Positions 34,552 to 45,182 of a stretch of DNA of 64,000 nt are shown piece by piece; position 1 is the first letter of the stretch, and each line of letters begins with the position of its first letter. The notes under the pieces were generated by a model that was not told the DNA's origin, ran no database searches, and worked only from the letters and a program-made list of their open reading frames with translations. The position numbers were made by a program, and so were the translations under genes. The stretch lies in the NCBI GenBank assembly GCA_046717345.1, contig JBKJVN010000134.1, positions 3,070-67,069 on the forward strand, written 5' to 3'. The stretch is from Candidatus Limnocylindria bacterium (GTDB lineage Bacteria; Chloroflexota; Limnocylindria; QHBO01).

Positions 34552-35745
34552 CTACACCAGCTCGACAGCCAGGGCCACCGCTCCCCCGCCGCCCAGGCAC
34601 AGGGTGGCCAGGCCGCGCGTCCCGCCGCGGTGGCGCAGGGCGTACAGGAGCGTGGTCAGGACTCGCGCTCCCGACGCTCCGATGGGGTGGCCCAGGGCCA
34701 CTGCCCCTCCGTTGACGTTGACCTTGTCCCAGTCGAATCCCAGGGCGTTGCCGTCGGCCAGCACCTGGGCCGCGAAGGCCTCGTTGATCTCGATCAGGTC
34801 GAAATCGGTGAGGGGCACGCTCACCCGTTCGACCAGTCGTTGGACGCCCTCGATCGGCGCCTCGAACAGCCACTCGGGGGCGACGTCGGCCTGGGCGTAG
34901 CCCGTGATGCGGGCCATGGGGCGCAGTCCATCGCGCTCCACGACGTCGGACGAGGCCAGGACCAGGGCCGCGGCGCCATCGGTGATACCCGGTGAGTTGC
35001 CGGCGGTGACCGTGCCGTCATCGATCTGAAAGGCGGGCTTGAGCCTGGCCAGGGCCTCAGCGGACGTGTCGGAGCGGGGGCCCTCATCGGTGTCGACCAC
35101 CGTTGGTTCCTTCTTTCCTGGAACCTCGACCGGGACGATCTCATCGGCGAACGCGCCCGACGCGATGGCCGCCAGGGCGCGCTGGTGGGATCGCAGGGCG
35201 AAGGCGTCCTGCGCCTCCCGGCTGACACCGTGCTTGGCCGCCACCCGCTCGGCGTGGATGCCCATGTGGACGTCGCACGCGCTGCACCACAGCCCGTCGT
35301 ACACCGTCGCGTCCACCAACTCCTGGTTGCCGAGCCGGTATCCGGCCCGTGCGCCCGGCAGCAGATACGGCCCCAGGTTCATGTTCTCCATGCCGCCGGC
35401 GACGATCACGTTCGCGTCGCCAGCCCGGATGGCGGCCGCGCCCAGCATCACGGCCTTGAGGCCTGAGCCACACACCTTGTTGATCGTCGTGGCGCTGACT
35501 GAGTCCGGCAGGCCGGCCTTGCGCGCTGCCTGTCGGGCCGGGGCCTGCCCTGCGCCGGCCTGGATGACCTGGCCCATGAAGACCTCATCCACCTTCTCGC
35601 CGGCGATCCCCGCGCGCTCGACCGCGGCCCGAATGGCGACCGCCCCCAGATCGGTGGCGGGAACAGTGGACAGTCCCCCGCCGAACTTGCCGATCGGCGT
35701 CCGGGCGGCGGACAGGATGTACACGTCCGACGACATCGGCTTCAT
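34552..35745 (-). CDS. Acetyl-CoA C-acetyltransferase (thiolase)
   Basis: YILSAARTPIGKFGG... NKVCGSGLKAV ... C-terminal CLGGGGAVALAVE. Confidence 0.85.
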   Translation of the reverse strand: MKPMSSDVYILSAARTPIGKFGGGLSTVPATDLGAVAIRAAVERAGIAGEKVDEVFMGQVIQAGAGQAPARQAARKAGLPDSVSATTINKVCGSGLKAVMLGAAAIRAGDANVIVAGGMENMNLGPYLLPGARAGYRLGNQELVDATVYDGLWCSACDVHMGIHAERVAAKHGVSREAQDAFALRSHQRALAAIASGAFADEIVPVEVPGKKEPTVVDTDEGPRSDTSAEALARLKPAFQIDDGTVTAGNSPGITDGAAALVLASSDVVERDGLRPMARITGYAQADVAPEWLFEAPIEGVQRLVERVSVPLTDFDLIEINEAFAAQVLADGNALGFDWDKVNVNGGAVALGHPIGASGARVLTTLLYALRHRGGTRGLATLCLGGGGAVALAVELV

Positions 35746-35780
35746 GCTAGTCCGAAAGCCATTCCCAGGGTCGAATCCGC

Positions 35781-37688
35781 TCAGGCCGGGGTGCCCTCAT
35801 CCTCGAACAGCCGATCGATCTGGGTCGGCCAGTTGTCCTCGACCACCCGCAGCTTGGTCTTCAAGGTGGGCGTCAGCTCCCCGTTTTCCTCGTCCAGGGC
35901 GCGGGGCAGCAGCGCGACGCGCCGCGGGCGCTCGAAGACGGCGAAGTCGTCCAGCAGCGTCCGAACGTCACCCTCGATCAGCTGGCGGACCGCTCGCTCC
36001 TCGACCAGCTGCTCAGGCGGCATGCCGCCTAACCCATTGGCCTCGGCCCACGGACCCAGCTCGTCGAAGTTCGGTGCGATGAGCGCCCCGGTGTAGGGCT
36101 GACGGTCTCCCAGGATGACCGCCTGGGCGATGTACTTGCTGGCTGAGAGTGCCGCCTCCATGGGACCCGGCGACACGTTCTTGCCGTTGGCCAGGACGAT
36201 GATGTTCTTGAGCCGATCGGTGATCGTGATCCGCCCGATCGCATCCAGCTCCCCGATGTCGCCGGTATGGAACCAGCCGTCGGGATCGATGGCCTTGGCC
36301 GTCTCCTCGGGCTGGTTGAGATACCCGACCATGATCTGCGGTCCGCGGACCTGGATCTCCCCGGTCTCGGGGTCGATCCGGACCTCGGTCGCCGGCGAGG
36401 GGCGGCCGACCGTCCCGAATAAAAAGTCGCCCGGGCGGTTGATGCTGACCAGCGGGCTGGTCTCGGACAGGCCGTACCCCTCCAGGATGAGGATGCCGAG
36501 GGCGTAAAAGAACTCGCCCACCTCGCGGGACAGGGGTGCCGAGCCGGACACGAAGTAGCGGACGCGGCCGCCGGTCCGAGCCTTCACCTTGTGGTAAACG
36601 AGCCGGTCGGCGATGGCGTGCTGGATCTTCAGCCCCATCCCGTCGGACTTGCCGGCCATGTGGTTCAGGTACCGCTTGCGGCCGACCTCGATCGCCCAGT
36701 GGAAGATGCGACGCCGCAGCGGCGGCGAGGCCTCGACCGATGCCAGAACCCGGCCGTAGACGCGCTCGTAGAAGCGCGGCACGGCGGCCATCACCGTGGG
36801 ACGGACCTCGGCCATGTTGTCCGCCAGGCGCTCGATGAGCGGCTCGGCATAGGCGACCGTGGACCCATGGGCCAGCGGGATGACCTCGCCGGTCAGCCGC
36901 TCGAAGATGTGGGACAGCGGCAGCCACGACAGGAACAGGTCCGTCTCGTAGAAGTCGACGATCTGGACCGCGGCCTCGTAGTTGTACAGGACGCCGGCGT
37001 GGGTGAGCATCGCGCCCTTCGGGTTGGCCGTCGTCCCCGAGGTGTGAATGATCGTCATCAGATGATCGCGGGGGATGGCCCGCCAGCCCGCTTCCCAGGC
37101 CTCGCGCTGGGCCGCATCCGCCTGGCGCGTGGCCAGATCCTCGAGGGTCAGTGTCCCGGCGGGAAACTTGCCGGCTGAATCGAAGGTCACGATGTTGCGC
37201 AAGGTCGGGCACTGGGCACGGATGGATTCGATCTTGTTGGCGAGCTGGGCATTCTCGACAAAGATCAAGCTGGCCCCCACGTTGTTGATGATGAATGCGG
37301 CCTGTCCGGGCTCGGTCTGGGGATAGATCGGGCAGGTGACCGCACCGAGAGCCAGGCCGGCCATATCCGCGACCAGCCACTCGGGGCGCGTGCGGGACAT
37401 GATGCAGATGGTGTCGCCGTCGGCGATGTCCAGGCCCTGGAGGCCCAGCGAAACGCGAGTCACCCAGTCCCAGAATTCGGCGTAGGTCCGGCTCACCCAG
37501 CCGCCGTCCTTCGGCAGCTTCCAGCGCAGGGCCTCCTTGTCGGGCAGGCGCTCAACCGACCGATAGATGAGGTCCACCACGTTGCGGGCCTTCTGGTCGT
37601 CGGGCATCAGCAGCGGCTCGACTTCGTTCCACATGCGTCGCCCAGCCACCGCGGGGGGCTCGGGCGCAGCGGGTACCGCAGTCGTCAT
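35781..37688 (-). CDS. fadD: Long-chain-fatty-acid--CoA ligase (AMP-dependent synthetase)
   Basis: AMP-binding motif IIHTSGTTANPKGAML. Start taken at MTTAVPAAP, which is preceded by GGAGGAGAGGAG. Confidence 0.8.
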   Translation of the reverse strand: MTTAVPAAPEPPAVAGRRMWNEVEPLLMPDDQKARNVVDLIYRSVERLPDKEALRWKLPKDGGWVSRTYAEFWDWVTRVSLGLQGLDIADGDTICIMSRTRPEWLVADMAGLALGAVTCPIYPQTEPGQAAFIINNVGASLIFVENAQLANKIESIRAQCPTLRNIVTFDSAGKFPAGTLTLEDLATRQADAAQREAWEAGWRAIPRDHLMTIIHTSGTTANPKGAMLTHAGVLYNYEAAVQIVDFYETDLFLSWLPLSHIFERLTGEVIPLAHGSTVAYAEPLIERLADNMAEVRPTVMAAVPRFYERVYGRVLASVEASPPLRRRIFHWAIEVGRKRYLNHMAGKSDGMGLKIQHAIADRLVYHKVKARTGGRVRYFVSGSAPLSREVGEFFYALGILILEGYGLSETSPLVSINRPGDFLFGTVGRPSPATEVRIDPETGEIQVRGPQIMVGYLNQPEETAKAIDPDGWFHTGDIGELDAIGRITITDRLKNIIVLANGKNVSPGPMEAALSASKYIAQAVILGDRQPYTGALIAPNFDELGPWAEANGLGGMPPEQLVEERAVRQLIEGDVRTLLDDFAVFERPRRVALLPRALDEENGELTPTLKTKLRVVEDNWPTQIDRLFEDEGTPA

Positions 37689-37710
37689 CGATGTCTCCTC
37701 TCCTCCGGGG

Positions 37711-38583
37711 TCAGGCGATCTTATGTCCCTGCTCGTCGTACCGATAGAAGCCACGACCCGATTTTCGGCCCAGGTGCCCGGCCGCCACCATCTGGCGCAA
37801 CAGCGGGGCGGCCCGGAACTTCGGGTCGCCGAAGCCGCGATACAGGACATCGAGGATGCTCAGCATCACGTCGTTGCCGACGAAGTCAGACAGCTCGAGT
37901 GGGCCGATCGGGTGGTTCAGCCCCAGGCGGGCTCCGTTGTCGATCCCCTCGGCCGTTCCCGTCCCGTCCATGAGAGCGAAGACCGCCTCATTGATGAACG
38001 GCGCCAGCATCCGGTTCACGATGAAGCCCGGGTAGTCCCGGCTCTCAATCACGGTCTTGCCGAGCTGGCCGGCGAACTCATGGCAGGCGGAGGCGGTCGC
38101 CTCGGCGGTCTCCAGACCGCGAATGATCTCGATCAATCCCATGACCGGGACCGGCGAGAAGAAGTGGAGGCCGATGAACCGATCCGGCCGATCGGTGGCC
38201 GTGGCCAGGGCCGTGATGCTGATGGACGAGGTGTTGGTGGCGAAGATCGCCGCCGCGTCGGCGACGTCGGTGATGGCGGCCCAGCTCTCGCGCTTGAGGG
38301 CCTCGTCCTCGAACACCGCCTCGATGACGAGGTCGTGGCCGCCGGCTCCTTCGACCCCCACCCCGGTCTTCACGCGGCCCAGGACCGCGTCCGCGGCCGC
38401 CGGTTCGAGCTTGCCCTTCTCGACCTGGCGAGCCAGATTGCCGGCGATCCGCTGCCGCCCCTTGGCCGCCAGGTCCTCCGTCCGGTCGGCGAGGGTGACG
38501 GCCTTGCCGGCCGCGGCACTGACCTGGGCGATGCCGTGTCCCATCAAGCCCGCGCCGAGGACGAAGACCCGGTCCAGGCTCAT
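37711..38583 (-). CDS. hbd: 3-hydroxybutyryl-CoA dehydrogenase
   Basis: VFVLGAGLMGHGIAQV Rossmann motif and the 3-hydroxyacyl-CoA dehydrogenase fold blocks. Confidence 0.85.
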   Translation of the reverse strand: MSLDRVFVLGAGLMGHGIAQVSAAAGKAVTLADRTEDLAAKGRQRIAGNLARQVEKGKLEPAAADAVLGRVKTGVGVEGAGGHDLVIEAVFEDEALKRESWAAITDVADAAAIFATNTSSISITALATATDRPDRFIGLHFFSPVPVMGLIEIIRGLETAEATASACHEFAGQLGKTVIESRDYPGFIVNRMLAPFINEAVFALMDGTGTAEGIDNGARLGLNHPIGPLELSDFVGNDVMLSILDVLYRGFGDPKFRAAPLLRQMVAAGHLGRKSGRGFYRYDEQGHKIA

Positions 38584-38607
38584 GGCGCGAAAGCCTAGCA
38601 GCCGCCG

Positions 38608-39519
38608 TCAGCCGAGCAGACGGTCGGCGGCACTGAACGGATCCTCGCGTCGCTCGGCCACCGCGGTCACGGCCGCCGCCCAGTCCGCTGACCGAGCCGC
38701 TCGCTCGTATGCGCGGGCGGCCACGGCCCGGCGCAGCAGCTCCCCGGCGCGGGTGCGGACCTGCTCGAGCGTGCGGCCCGCGCGATGGGCCTCGATCGCC
38801 TCGCGCAGCGGCTCGACGCCTTCGCCGGCGACGGCGATGGAGACCAGCACCGGCGGCGCCGGGCGCGACACGCGGCCGCCCGCGGTGGAAAGCATGGCCC
38901 GCAGCTGGCGGGCGGCTCGGTCGGCGCCGGGCCGATCGCCCTTGTTGACCACGATCACGTCGGCGATCTCCAGAAGCCCGGCCTTGATCGCCTGCACCTC
39001 GTCGCCCATCTCGGGAACCTCGACCACGACCGTCGTCTCGGCAAGGGTCGCGATCTCGACCTCGGACTGCCCGGCGCCGACGGTCTCGATGACTACCGGG
39101 TCGTAGCCGGCCGCGTCCAGGGCGGCAGCCGTGAGCCAGGTCGTGGCCGCCAGCCCGCCCAGCGCGCCCCGCGAGGCCATGGACCGCACGAACACGCCGT
39201 CATCGCCGGCGTGGTCCATCATCCGGATCCGGTCACCCATGATCGCGCCGCCGGTCATCGGGGAGCTGGGATCGACGGCGATGACGCCCACCCGCCGGCC
39301 GCGGCTCCGCCACGCTGCCACGAGGGCATTGACGAGAGTCGACTTGCCGCTTCCCGGAGGCCCGGTGATCCCCACCAGGTGGGCGTCACGTCCGGCGGCG
39401 ATGAGGGCTCCGAGCTCGGACGGCGCCAGCGCCCCGTCCTCGAGATCGGTCAGCAGCCGGGCCAGCGCCCGGCGGTCGCCGGCCTGCGCGTCGCGCAGCC
39501 GCTCCGCCAGCTCAGGCAC
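38608..39519 (-). CDS. meaB: Methylmalonyl-CoA-mutase-associated G-protein chaperone (MeaB/ArgK family)
   Basis: [13 protein letters not shown]-loop, [21 protein letters not shown] start 2 nt after the stop of the B12-binding subunit gene. Confidence 0.8.
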   Translation of the reverse strand: MPELAERLRDAQAGDRRALARLLTDLEDGALAPSELGALIAAGRDAHLVGITGPPGSGKSTLVNALVAAWRSRGRRVGVIAVDPSSPMTGGAIMGDRIRMMDHAGDDGVFVRSMASRGALGGLAATTWLTAAALDAAGYDPVVIETVGAGQSEVEIATLAETTVVVEVPEMGDEVQAIKAGLLEIADVIVVNKGDRPGADRAARQLRAMLSTAGGRVSRPAPPVLVSIAVAGEGVEPLREAIEAHRAGRTLEQVRTRAGELLRRAVAARAYERAARSADWAAAVTAVAERREDPFSAADRLLG

Positions 39520-39928
39520 GCCGACGGGCGTGCTCCCGGAAGTAGGCCGCCACCTGGCCGATGGTCGTCCCCGGGCCGAACACCTCCGCCACGCCGGCCG
39601 CCTTGAGCTTGGCGACATCGGCGTCCGGGATGATCCCGCCGGCCGCCACCAGCACGTCGTCAAGCCCCTTCCCTCGGACGAGCTCCACGATCCGGGGCAG
39701 CAGGGTCATGTGGGCACCGGACAGGATGGACAGGCCGACCACGTCGACGTCCTCCTGCTCGGCGGCATCGGCCACCATCTCCGGGGTCTGGCGCAGGCCG
39801 GTGTAGATGACCTCGAACCCCTCGTCGCGAAGGCCGCGCGCCAGCACCTTGGCTCCGCGGTCGTGACCGTCCAGGCCGGGCTTGGCGAGCAGGACGCGGA
39901 TCGGGCGGGAGGACGCGTCGGCGGTCAT
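39512..39928 (-). CDS. Acyl-CoA mutase small subunit (cobalamin-binding domain)
   Basis: 138 aa. [29 protein letters not shown]...[11 protein letters not shown] (the DxHxxG B12-binding signature). Confidence 0.8.
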   Translation of the reverse strand: MTADASSRPIRVLLAKPGLDGHDRGAKVLARGLRDEGFEVIYTGLRQTPEMVADAAEQEDVDVVGLSILSGAHMTLLPRIVELVRGKGLDDVLVAAGGIIPDADVAKLKAAGVAEVFGPGTTIGQVAAYFREHARRRA

Positions 39929-40248
39929 CGACCCGGCGATTCTAGCCCGGTCGCGTCGCCCGGCACGAGCCCGTCGATCGTGGCCGCCATGTCGACGTCA
40001 CGCCCGGTCAAGCCCCCGGCGGCCTTGGTGGTGAGCCGAAACGTGACCCGTCGCCAGCGGATGTCGAAATCGGGATGGTGATCGGCCGCCTCGGCGGCAT
40101 CGGCCACTGCGTTGACCAGGGCCATCGCGTCCCGGAAGGAGGGGCAACGGACCGTCCGGACCAGGGTCTCCCCCTCGCGTTGCCATTCCGGCAGTGCCCG
40201 GAGTGCGCCGCCGATCTCATCGGAGGACAGCAGCGGGGCGTACGGCAT
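39925..40248 (-). CDS. Pterin-4-alpha-carbinolamine dehydratase
   Basis: ...[47 protein letters not shown]. Start is taken at MPYAPLL. The longer ORF overlaps folE. Confidence 0.7.
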   Translation of the reverse strand: MPYAPLLSSDEIGGALRALPEWQREGETLVRTVRCPSFRDAMALVNAVADAAEAADHHPDFDIRWRRVTFRLTTKAAGGLTGRDVDMAATIDGLVPGDATGLESPGR

Positions 40249-40264
40249 CGGTTCGGCGGTCGGC

Positions 40265-40846
40265 CTACCGCTCGGACGAGCGGCCAATGAAGGTCAGGAA
40301 CTCGGCCCGGGTCTTGGGGTCGCTCCGAAATGTGCCGAGCATGGCGGAGGTGACCATGGTGGCGCCGGGCCGGCGCACCCCGCGCATGGCGATGCACAGG
40401 TGGGTCGTCTCGAGCACGACCCCCACCCCCTTGGGTTCCAGTCGGGTCATCAGGAAATCGGCGATCTGCTGGGTCAGCCGCTCCTGGATCTGGAGCCGGT
40501 GGGCGAACAGGTCCACCACACGCGGAATCTTCGACAGACCGATGACCGTGCCCCGCGGCAGGTATCCGACGTGGGCGCGACCAAAGAACGGGATCAGGTG
40601 GTGCTCGCACAGGGAGTACAGCTCGATGTCGCGGACGACGACCATCTCGTCGTAGTCGACGTCGAAGGCTGCGCCTTGCAGGAGCGTGTCGGGGTCAGTC
40701 CGATACCCTGCGGTCAGCTGCTCCAGGGTGCGCCGCACCCGACCCGGCGTGCCGCGCAGACCGTCGCGGTCGGGGTCCTCGCCGATCTCGGCCAGGAGGG
40801 TCCGCACCGCCGCCTCGAGTGGAGATGTCCGCGCATCGGGGTCCAT
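40265..40846 (-). CDS. folE: GTP cyclohydrolase I
   Basis: ELYSLCEHHLIPFFGRAHVGYLP and the following FolE blocks. Confidence 0.85.
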   Translation of the reverse strand: MDPDARTSPLEAAVRTLLAEIGEDPDRDGLRGTPGRVRRTLEQLTAGYRTDPDTLLQGAAFDVDYDEMVVVRDIELYSLCEHHLIPFFGRAHVGYLPRGTVIGLSKIPRVVDLFAHRLQIQERLTQQIADFLMTRLEPKGVGVVLETTHLCIAMRGVRRPGATMVTSAMLGTFRSDPKTRAEFLTFIGRSSER

Positions 40847-40932
40847 GCGCCGATGCTAGCAGCCGATCATGGAGCCCCGGCCGGGCTGGCCCGCTCTTGG
40901 GGGCCGCGCTATCGTCAGGTCGTGATCACTGG

Positions 40933-42945
40933 ATGAGCGCCCTGCGCGCGACCTTCGCCGCCGGCGCGGTCGGGATCGGCCTCCTGGCGGGCTGGATCTG
41001 GCCACCCCTGGCGGTCGTGACCGTCTGGCCGTTCCTGCTGGTCGTCCCCGGCTGGGCCCTGGTGGCGTGGGGGTGCCGGGGCAGGGCTCGGGTCCCCGCC
41101 ACCGGCCGGCTCGGGCTGGCCGTCGTCCTGTCGGTGGCGATCTCAGCTCACCTGGCCTGGTGGCTGGCCACCGTGACCGGGGACTATGGGCGCGAGGTCG
41201 TGTTTGCCACCGCCGCCGTGCTCGCGGTTCCCGTGCCGCTCGCAGTATGGAAGGCGACGACCCATCCTGGGACGTGGGTGTCGGCCGCGGTGACGCGCGT
41301 CCTGCGGGTCGCGCATCGGCATCCCGGCGGCTTGGGGCTCGGCATCGCCACCGCCGCGTGGGTGGGCCTGGTCCTGGCCCGCGGGCTGTGGCAGGTCAAC
41401 CCACGTGGGATTGACGTGGGCGGGTCGAACTGGAGCGACCTCGGCGTGCACCTGTCGATCGCCCAGTCGGTCAACGCCGGGAACTTCCCGCCCCAGGTCC
41501 CGTTCTTCGCCGGCGAGCCGCTGATTTACCACTGGTTCGCCGACTTTCATGCTGCCCTGCTGGCCGCCGCAGCCGGATTCTTCGCGGTGCCCGTCTTCGT
41601 CGCCCAGTCCGCGGTGCTGGCAGGATCGCTGGCTTTGGTCGTCCACGGGCTGACGCTGGCCCTCGTCCGCGACTGGTCCGCCCGCCGCACCGCATTCCTG
41701 GCCACCCTCCTGGTCGTGCTGGGCGGCGGACTGGGTTGGATGCGGCTCGTGGGTGACCTGGCAAACGGTTACGGGGCGCCCTGGGATCTCCTGATGACCC
41801 ATGCCTACGACAACCAGTGGCTGACCGACTGGCCGTACTTCTCGATCCCGTCGGTGATGACCACCGGGCTCCTGGTCCACCGGGCCACGACCGCGGGCCT
41901 GCCGCTGTTGGTCGGAGCCATCCTGCTCATCGTGGCGGGACTGCCGTCCGCACGGCGTCGGCGCGCGGGCTATACGGACCATCCGCGCCCCATCATCCTG
42001 TCTGGGGTGGCGGGCGCACTGCTGGCGCCGTTCCACTTCTTCTTCTTCCCGGTCGTCCCCCTCCTGGTCCTCGGTTGGGTGGTGGTCAGTGGACGACTCC
42101 TGGACCGAACCGCGCCGCTCCATGCGCTGCGCTTCGCAGTGCCGTTCCTGCTGGCCATCCCGTTCGCGTTGGCGGCGTTCAGCCAGGCCACCGGTTCGGG
42201 CTGGCTCCGGCTGGTGGCGGGCTGGCCCACCGCGCCGGTGGGCGATGGCCCTGGCGCCGTCCTCTTCTTCTACGCCACCAACCTGGGGGTCCCGTTCGCG
42301 TTGGCCCTGCTGGCCCTCGCCCTGCGCCAGACACCGGCGCGCGCCTTCCTGGCCCTGTGGATCGCGATCCTGTTCCTGATCCCGAACGTGGTGCAGGTCA
42401 GCTTCGTGTCGTTCGACATGAACAAGTACTTCCAGGCGATGTGGATCGCGGTCGCCGTCCTGGCCGGCTGGCTCCTGGCTCGCGCGGGTGGCCTGGTCGT
42501 CGCGGGGGTTCTGGTCGTGACCCTCGCTTCACCGGTGCTGGCGTCGGTGCATACGGCGTTCTCGCAGAACTTTCTGATGAGCTCCGACCAGCTGGCCGCC
42601 GCGACCTGGATCGCGGAGGAAACGCCGGAGCGGGCGGTCTTCGTGACCGACGACTGGATCATCGCTCCCACCGACCCGGTGGGCCGTCTGCGCCTGACCA
42701 GCTTCGGGCCGTACATCGCGAACCTCGGCTACCACCCGGGGGCGCGCCAGGCTGCGGTCCGCGCGATCCGATGCGGGGGCGATGCGGCGCGGGCGGCGGA
42801 ATTGATGCGCTCGTTCGGAGCCGAATACGTCATCGCGGAGGAGGGCCCCAACTGCGAGGCACCCGTGGATTTCGCGGCCAGCGACGAGTTCACGGAGGCC
42901 TACACCAACCGGACGGTCAGGGTATTCCGCCTCCTGCCTCGGTAG
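40933..42945 (+). CDS. Large polytopic membrane protein, probable GT-C-type glycosyltransferase
   Basis: About 670 aa with at least 12 TM helices and a C-terminal extracytoplasmic domain. Start chosen at MSALRATF. Confidence 0.45.
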   Translation: MSALRATFAAGAVGIGLLAGWIWPPLAVVTVWPFLLVVPGWALVAWGCRGRARVPATGRLGLAVVLSVAISAHLAWWLATVTGDYGREVVFATAAVLAVPVPLAVWKATTHPGTWVSAAVTRVLRVAHRHPGGLGLGIATAAWVGLVLARGLWQVNPRGIDVGGSNWSDLGVHLSIAQSVNAGNFPPQVPFFAGEPLIYHWFADFHAALLAAAAGFFAVPVFVAQSAVLAGSLALVVHGLTLALVRDWSARRTAFLATLLVVLGGGLGWMRLVGDLANGYGAPWDLLMTHAYDNQWLTDWPYFSIPSVMTTGLLVHRATTAGLPLLVGAILLIVAGLPSARRRRAGYTDHPRPIILSGVAGALLAPFHFFFFPVVPLLVLGWVVVSGRLLDRTAPLHALRFAVPFLLAIPFALAAFSQATGSGWLRLVAGWPTAPVGDGPGAVLFFYATNLGVPFALALLALALRQTPARAFLALWIAILFLIPNVVQVSFVSFDMNKYFQAMWIAVAVLAGWLLARAGGLVVAGVLVVTLASPVLASVHTAFSQNFLMSSDQLAAATWIAEETPERAVFVTDDWIIAPTDPVGRLRLTSFGPYIANLGYHPGARQAAVRAIRCGGDAARAAELMRSFGAEYVIAEEGPNCEAPVDFAASDEFTEAYTNRTVRVFRLLPR

Positions 42946-45175
42946 ATGCGCCGACCCGCGCCCGCGGGCGACGCGGCCACAGCGCCCACGCCACGCCGAG
43001 GACCAGGCCAAGAGCGCCGATCATCGCACCGAGTCGCACCTCCCACAGCGTGAGCTCACTGACCAGCATGTGACTCCCCGCCGGCACCGGCACGAGACGG
43101 CCCCCGAGCGCCTCGTACTGCCGGGCTTCCTCACCGTCGAGCGTAACCTGCCAGCCGGGCCACCACGCGCTGTCGAAGAATACCCAGCCCGGGGCCGGCG
43201 CCTCCAGCGTCACGTCGTGACGCAGCGCCGATCGGTCGATTGTGCGCACCGACTGCGCCGCGTCGACCACCGCCTCCGCATCGAGGTCCACATGGATGGC
43301 ATCGGTGGACGCTTCGTTGGCCGGGATGGAGGCCAGGGCCTCGGGAATCCAATACGGCGGACTGGTCGTCCCGACGACGGCGCACACGTACGCGCGCTGT
43401 GATCGATCGATGGCCACCACCCGTCCGGAACAGGGCGCCTCGAAGGTCACCACCCGGTCAATCCCGACCGCCCGCCGCAACGGGCCTGCCGGGCCCTCGG
43501 CGCGAAGGCCCCGAACGAGATCATCAACCGCGTCGATGTTCAGCGATGTGAACATCGCGATGTCCGGGACGCCCGCCGCGGCCAATTGGTCCGGCATGCC
43601 CGGATAAAACGACGGAGCTCCCATGGTCAGGACCCGATGCGCACGCTGCGCCTGGAGCATCGCGACGAAGGACGAGTCGGCGCCGCTGAACTCGGCCTCC
43701 GGACGCAGCGGATTGACGGTCGGCGATAGCAGGGCCAACGGCGCCGCGGCCAGCAGGACGGCCATGAACGGCACCGCGGGCGAGCGGGGACGACTGATCA
43801 GGATGGCCGCCGCGAGACCCAGGCCAAGCTCGAGGAGCATGGGCCACGGGGTCGACAATGCGGCAATGGCGAGACCTCGAATGCCATCCACGGCATCCGG
43901 ACCGACCTGCCACCAGGAAAGGACGGTGAGCCAGTCGAAGGCGGTCGGAGCAAATTGCGCCAAGGCGGTCGCGACGATGTAAGCCCCCACCACCCCACCC
44001 ATGACCAGCAAGCCCCACCGCCAGCTGGCGGGGTGGCGACCCATGCGAGACACGCCAATGGCAGCCAGGACCCCGATCGCGACGGAAACCACCATGTACG
44101 AGCGCACCGGAGAACGGAGACCGTTCAGCACCGGAGCGTCTTGCCAGAATGCGGGCTGGAGAGCGGCGATCGCCGGGATCAGGACCATGAGGCCGGCTAG
44201 CGCCAGCCACCGCCTGGCGCGCCTGGTTGGGGCTCCCGCCCCCGCCAGGGCCAACACCGGCAGGCCGACGTACAGGCCCGCGTTGAGGAGCGGAAAATGG
44301 CCGTCCGGGTACCACGTCGTGGAGTAGTCCCAATCGCCGCCGGAGGTCTGAAGGAATGCATTCGCGAATCCCAGACCCAGGACGTCGAACACGGTCCAGG
44401 CATTGCCGAACAGCTCATTGGCGGGCAGACCGCTCGCCCGATCGGAGATCTCGAGCAGGAGGTAGGTCGGAATGAGCTGCGCCGCTCCCACCGCGACACC
44501 GATCCCGCCGAACACCGCCATGCGGCCAAGTGACGGCAGCCACGGTTGGCGCGCGAGCATGACCACGGACGCGAGGCCCGTGAGCAGCCAAGTCTGCGGA
44601 TGCCCGGCAAACGCCTGAATCCCCCAAAGGAGGCCGGCGGCGAGGACCTCCGTCCGTCGCGGTGGCCGCCGGGCAGAGAGCGGCAGGAGCACCCACGGCA
44701 GCCAAGCGAAGGACGCCGTCAGATTCCACCACTCGAGCTTGGTGACCGTGGCTCCGCACAGGACGACAACCACCGCCGCCACCAGGGCGCCGGCCCGAGA
44801 ACCGGCCACCCGCAGCGACAGCACACCGACGCCGACCCCGGTCATGGTCAGGTGCAGGAGACGTGTCACGTCAATCGCGACTAGCGGCTCCAGCTGGAAG
44901 ATGAGCCAGTTGGGGGGATAGAAGGCGCCGATCTGACCTTCGGCGTACAGCGGGAACCCGAGGCCGAGGTCGTTCTCCCATAGCGGCAGCTGGCCCTGCC
45001 GGAGTGCCTCGTGGAAGAAGGCGGCCAGCGGATAGTGGATCTTCGGCATGTCCAGGTTCCACAACCACCCGTCGGCACCAAAGCTGACGCGAGCGGCCAG
45101 GACGGCAGCGGCCGCGCTGACCGCGACGAGGGCCACTCCGGTGAGCACGGCAGGCCGGGCTACCAGCGCTTGCAC
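42917..45175 (-). CDS. YfhO-family membrane protein (GT-C-like glycosyltransferase)
   Basis: 752 aa. N-terminal ..FFHEALRQGQLPLWENDLGLGFPLYAEGQIGAFYP.. is characteristic of YfhO. It overlaps convergently with the previous gene by about 29 nt. Confidence 0.6.
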   Translation of the reverse strand: MQALVARPAVLTGVALVAVSAAAAVLAARVSFGADGWLWNLDMPKIHYPLAAFFHEALRQGQLPLWENDLGLGFPLYAEGQIGAFYPPNWLIFQLEPLVAIDVTRLLHLTMTGVGVGVLSLRVAGSRAGALVAAVVVVLCGATVTKLEWWNLTASFAWLPWVLLPLSARRPPRRTEVLAAGLLWGIQAFAGHPQTWLLTGLASVVMLARQPWLPSLGRMAVFGGIGVAVGAAQLIPTYLLLEISDRASGLPANELFGNAWTVFDVLGLGFANAFLQTSGGDWDYSTTWYPDGHFPLLNAGLYVGLPVLALAGAGAPTRRARRWLALAGLMVLIPAIAALQPAFWQDAPVLNGLRSPVRSYMVVSVAIGVLAAIGVSRMGRHPASWRWGLLVMGGVVGAYIVATALAQFAPTAFDWLTVLSWWQVGPDAVDGIRGLAIAALSTPWPMLLELGLGLAAAILISRPRSPAVPFMAVLLAAAPLALLSPTVNPLRPEAEFSGADSSFVAMLQAQRAHRVLTMGAPSFYPGMPDQLAAAGVPDIAMFTSLNIDAVDDLVRGLRAEGPAGPLRRAVGIDRVVTFEAPCSGRVVAIDRSQRAYVCAVVGTTSPPYWIPEALASIPANEASTDAIHVDLDAEAVVDAAQSVRTIDRSALRHDVTLEAPAPGWVFFDSAWWPGWQVTLDGEEARQYEALGGRLVPVPAGSHMLVSELTLWEVRLGAMIGALGLVLGVAWALWPRRPRARVGASTEAGGGIP

Positions 45176-45182
45176 GCCTCGT

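Noticed and set aside
38057-39106. 349-aa plus-strand ORF
   Set aside because: It is antisense to meaB and hbd.
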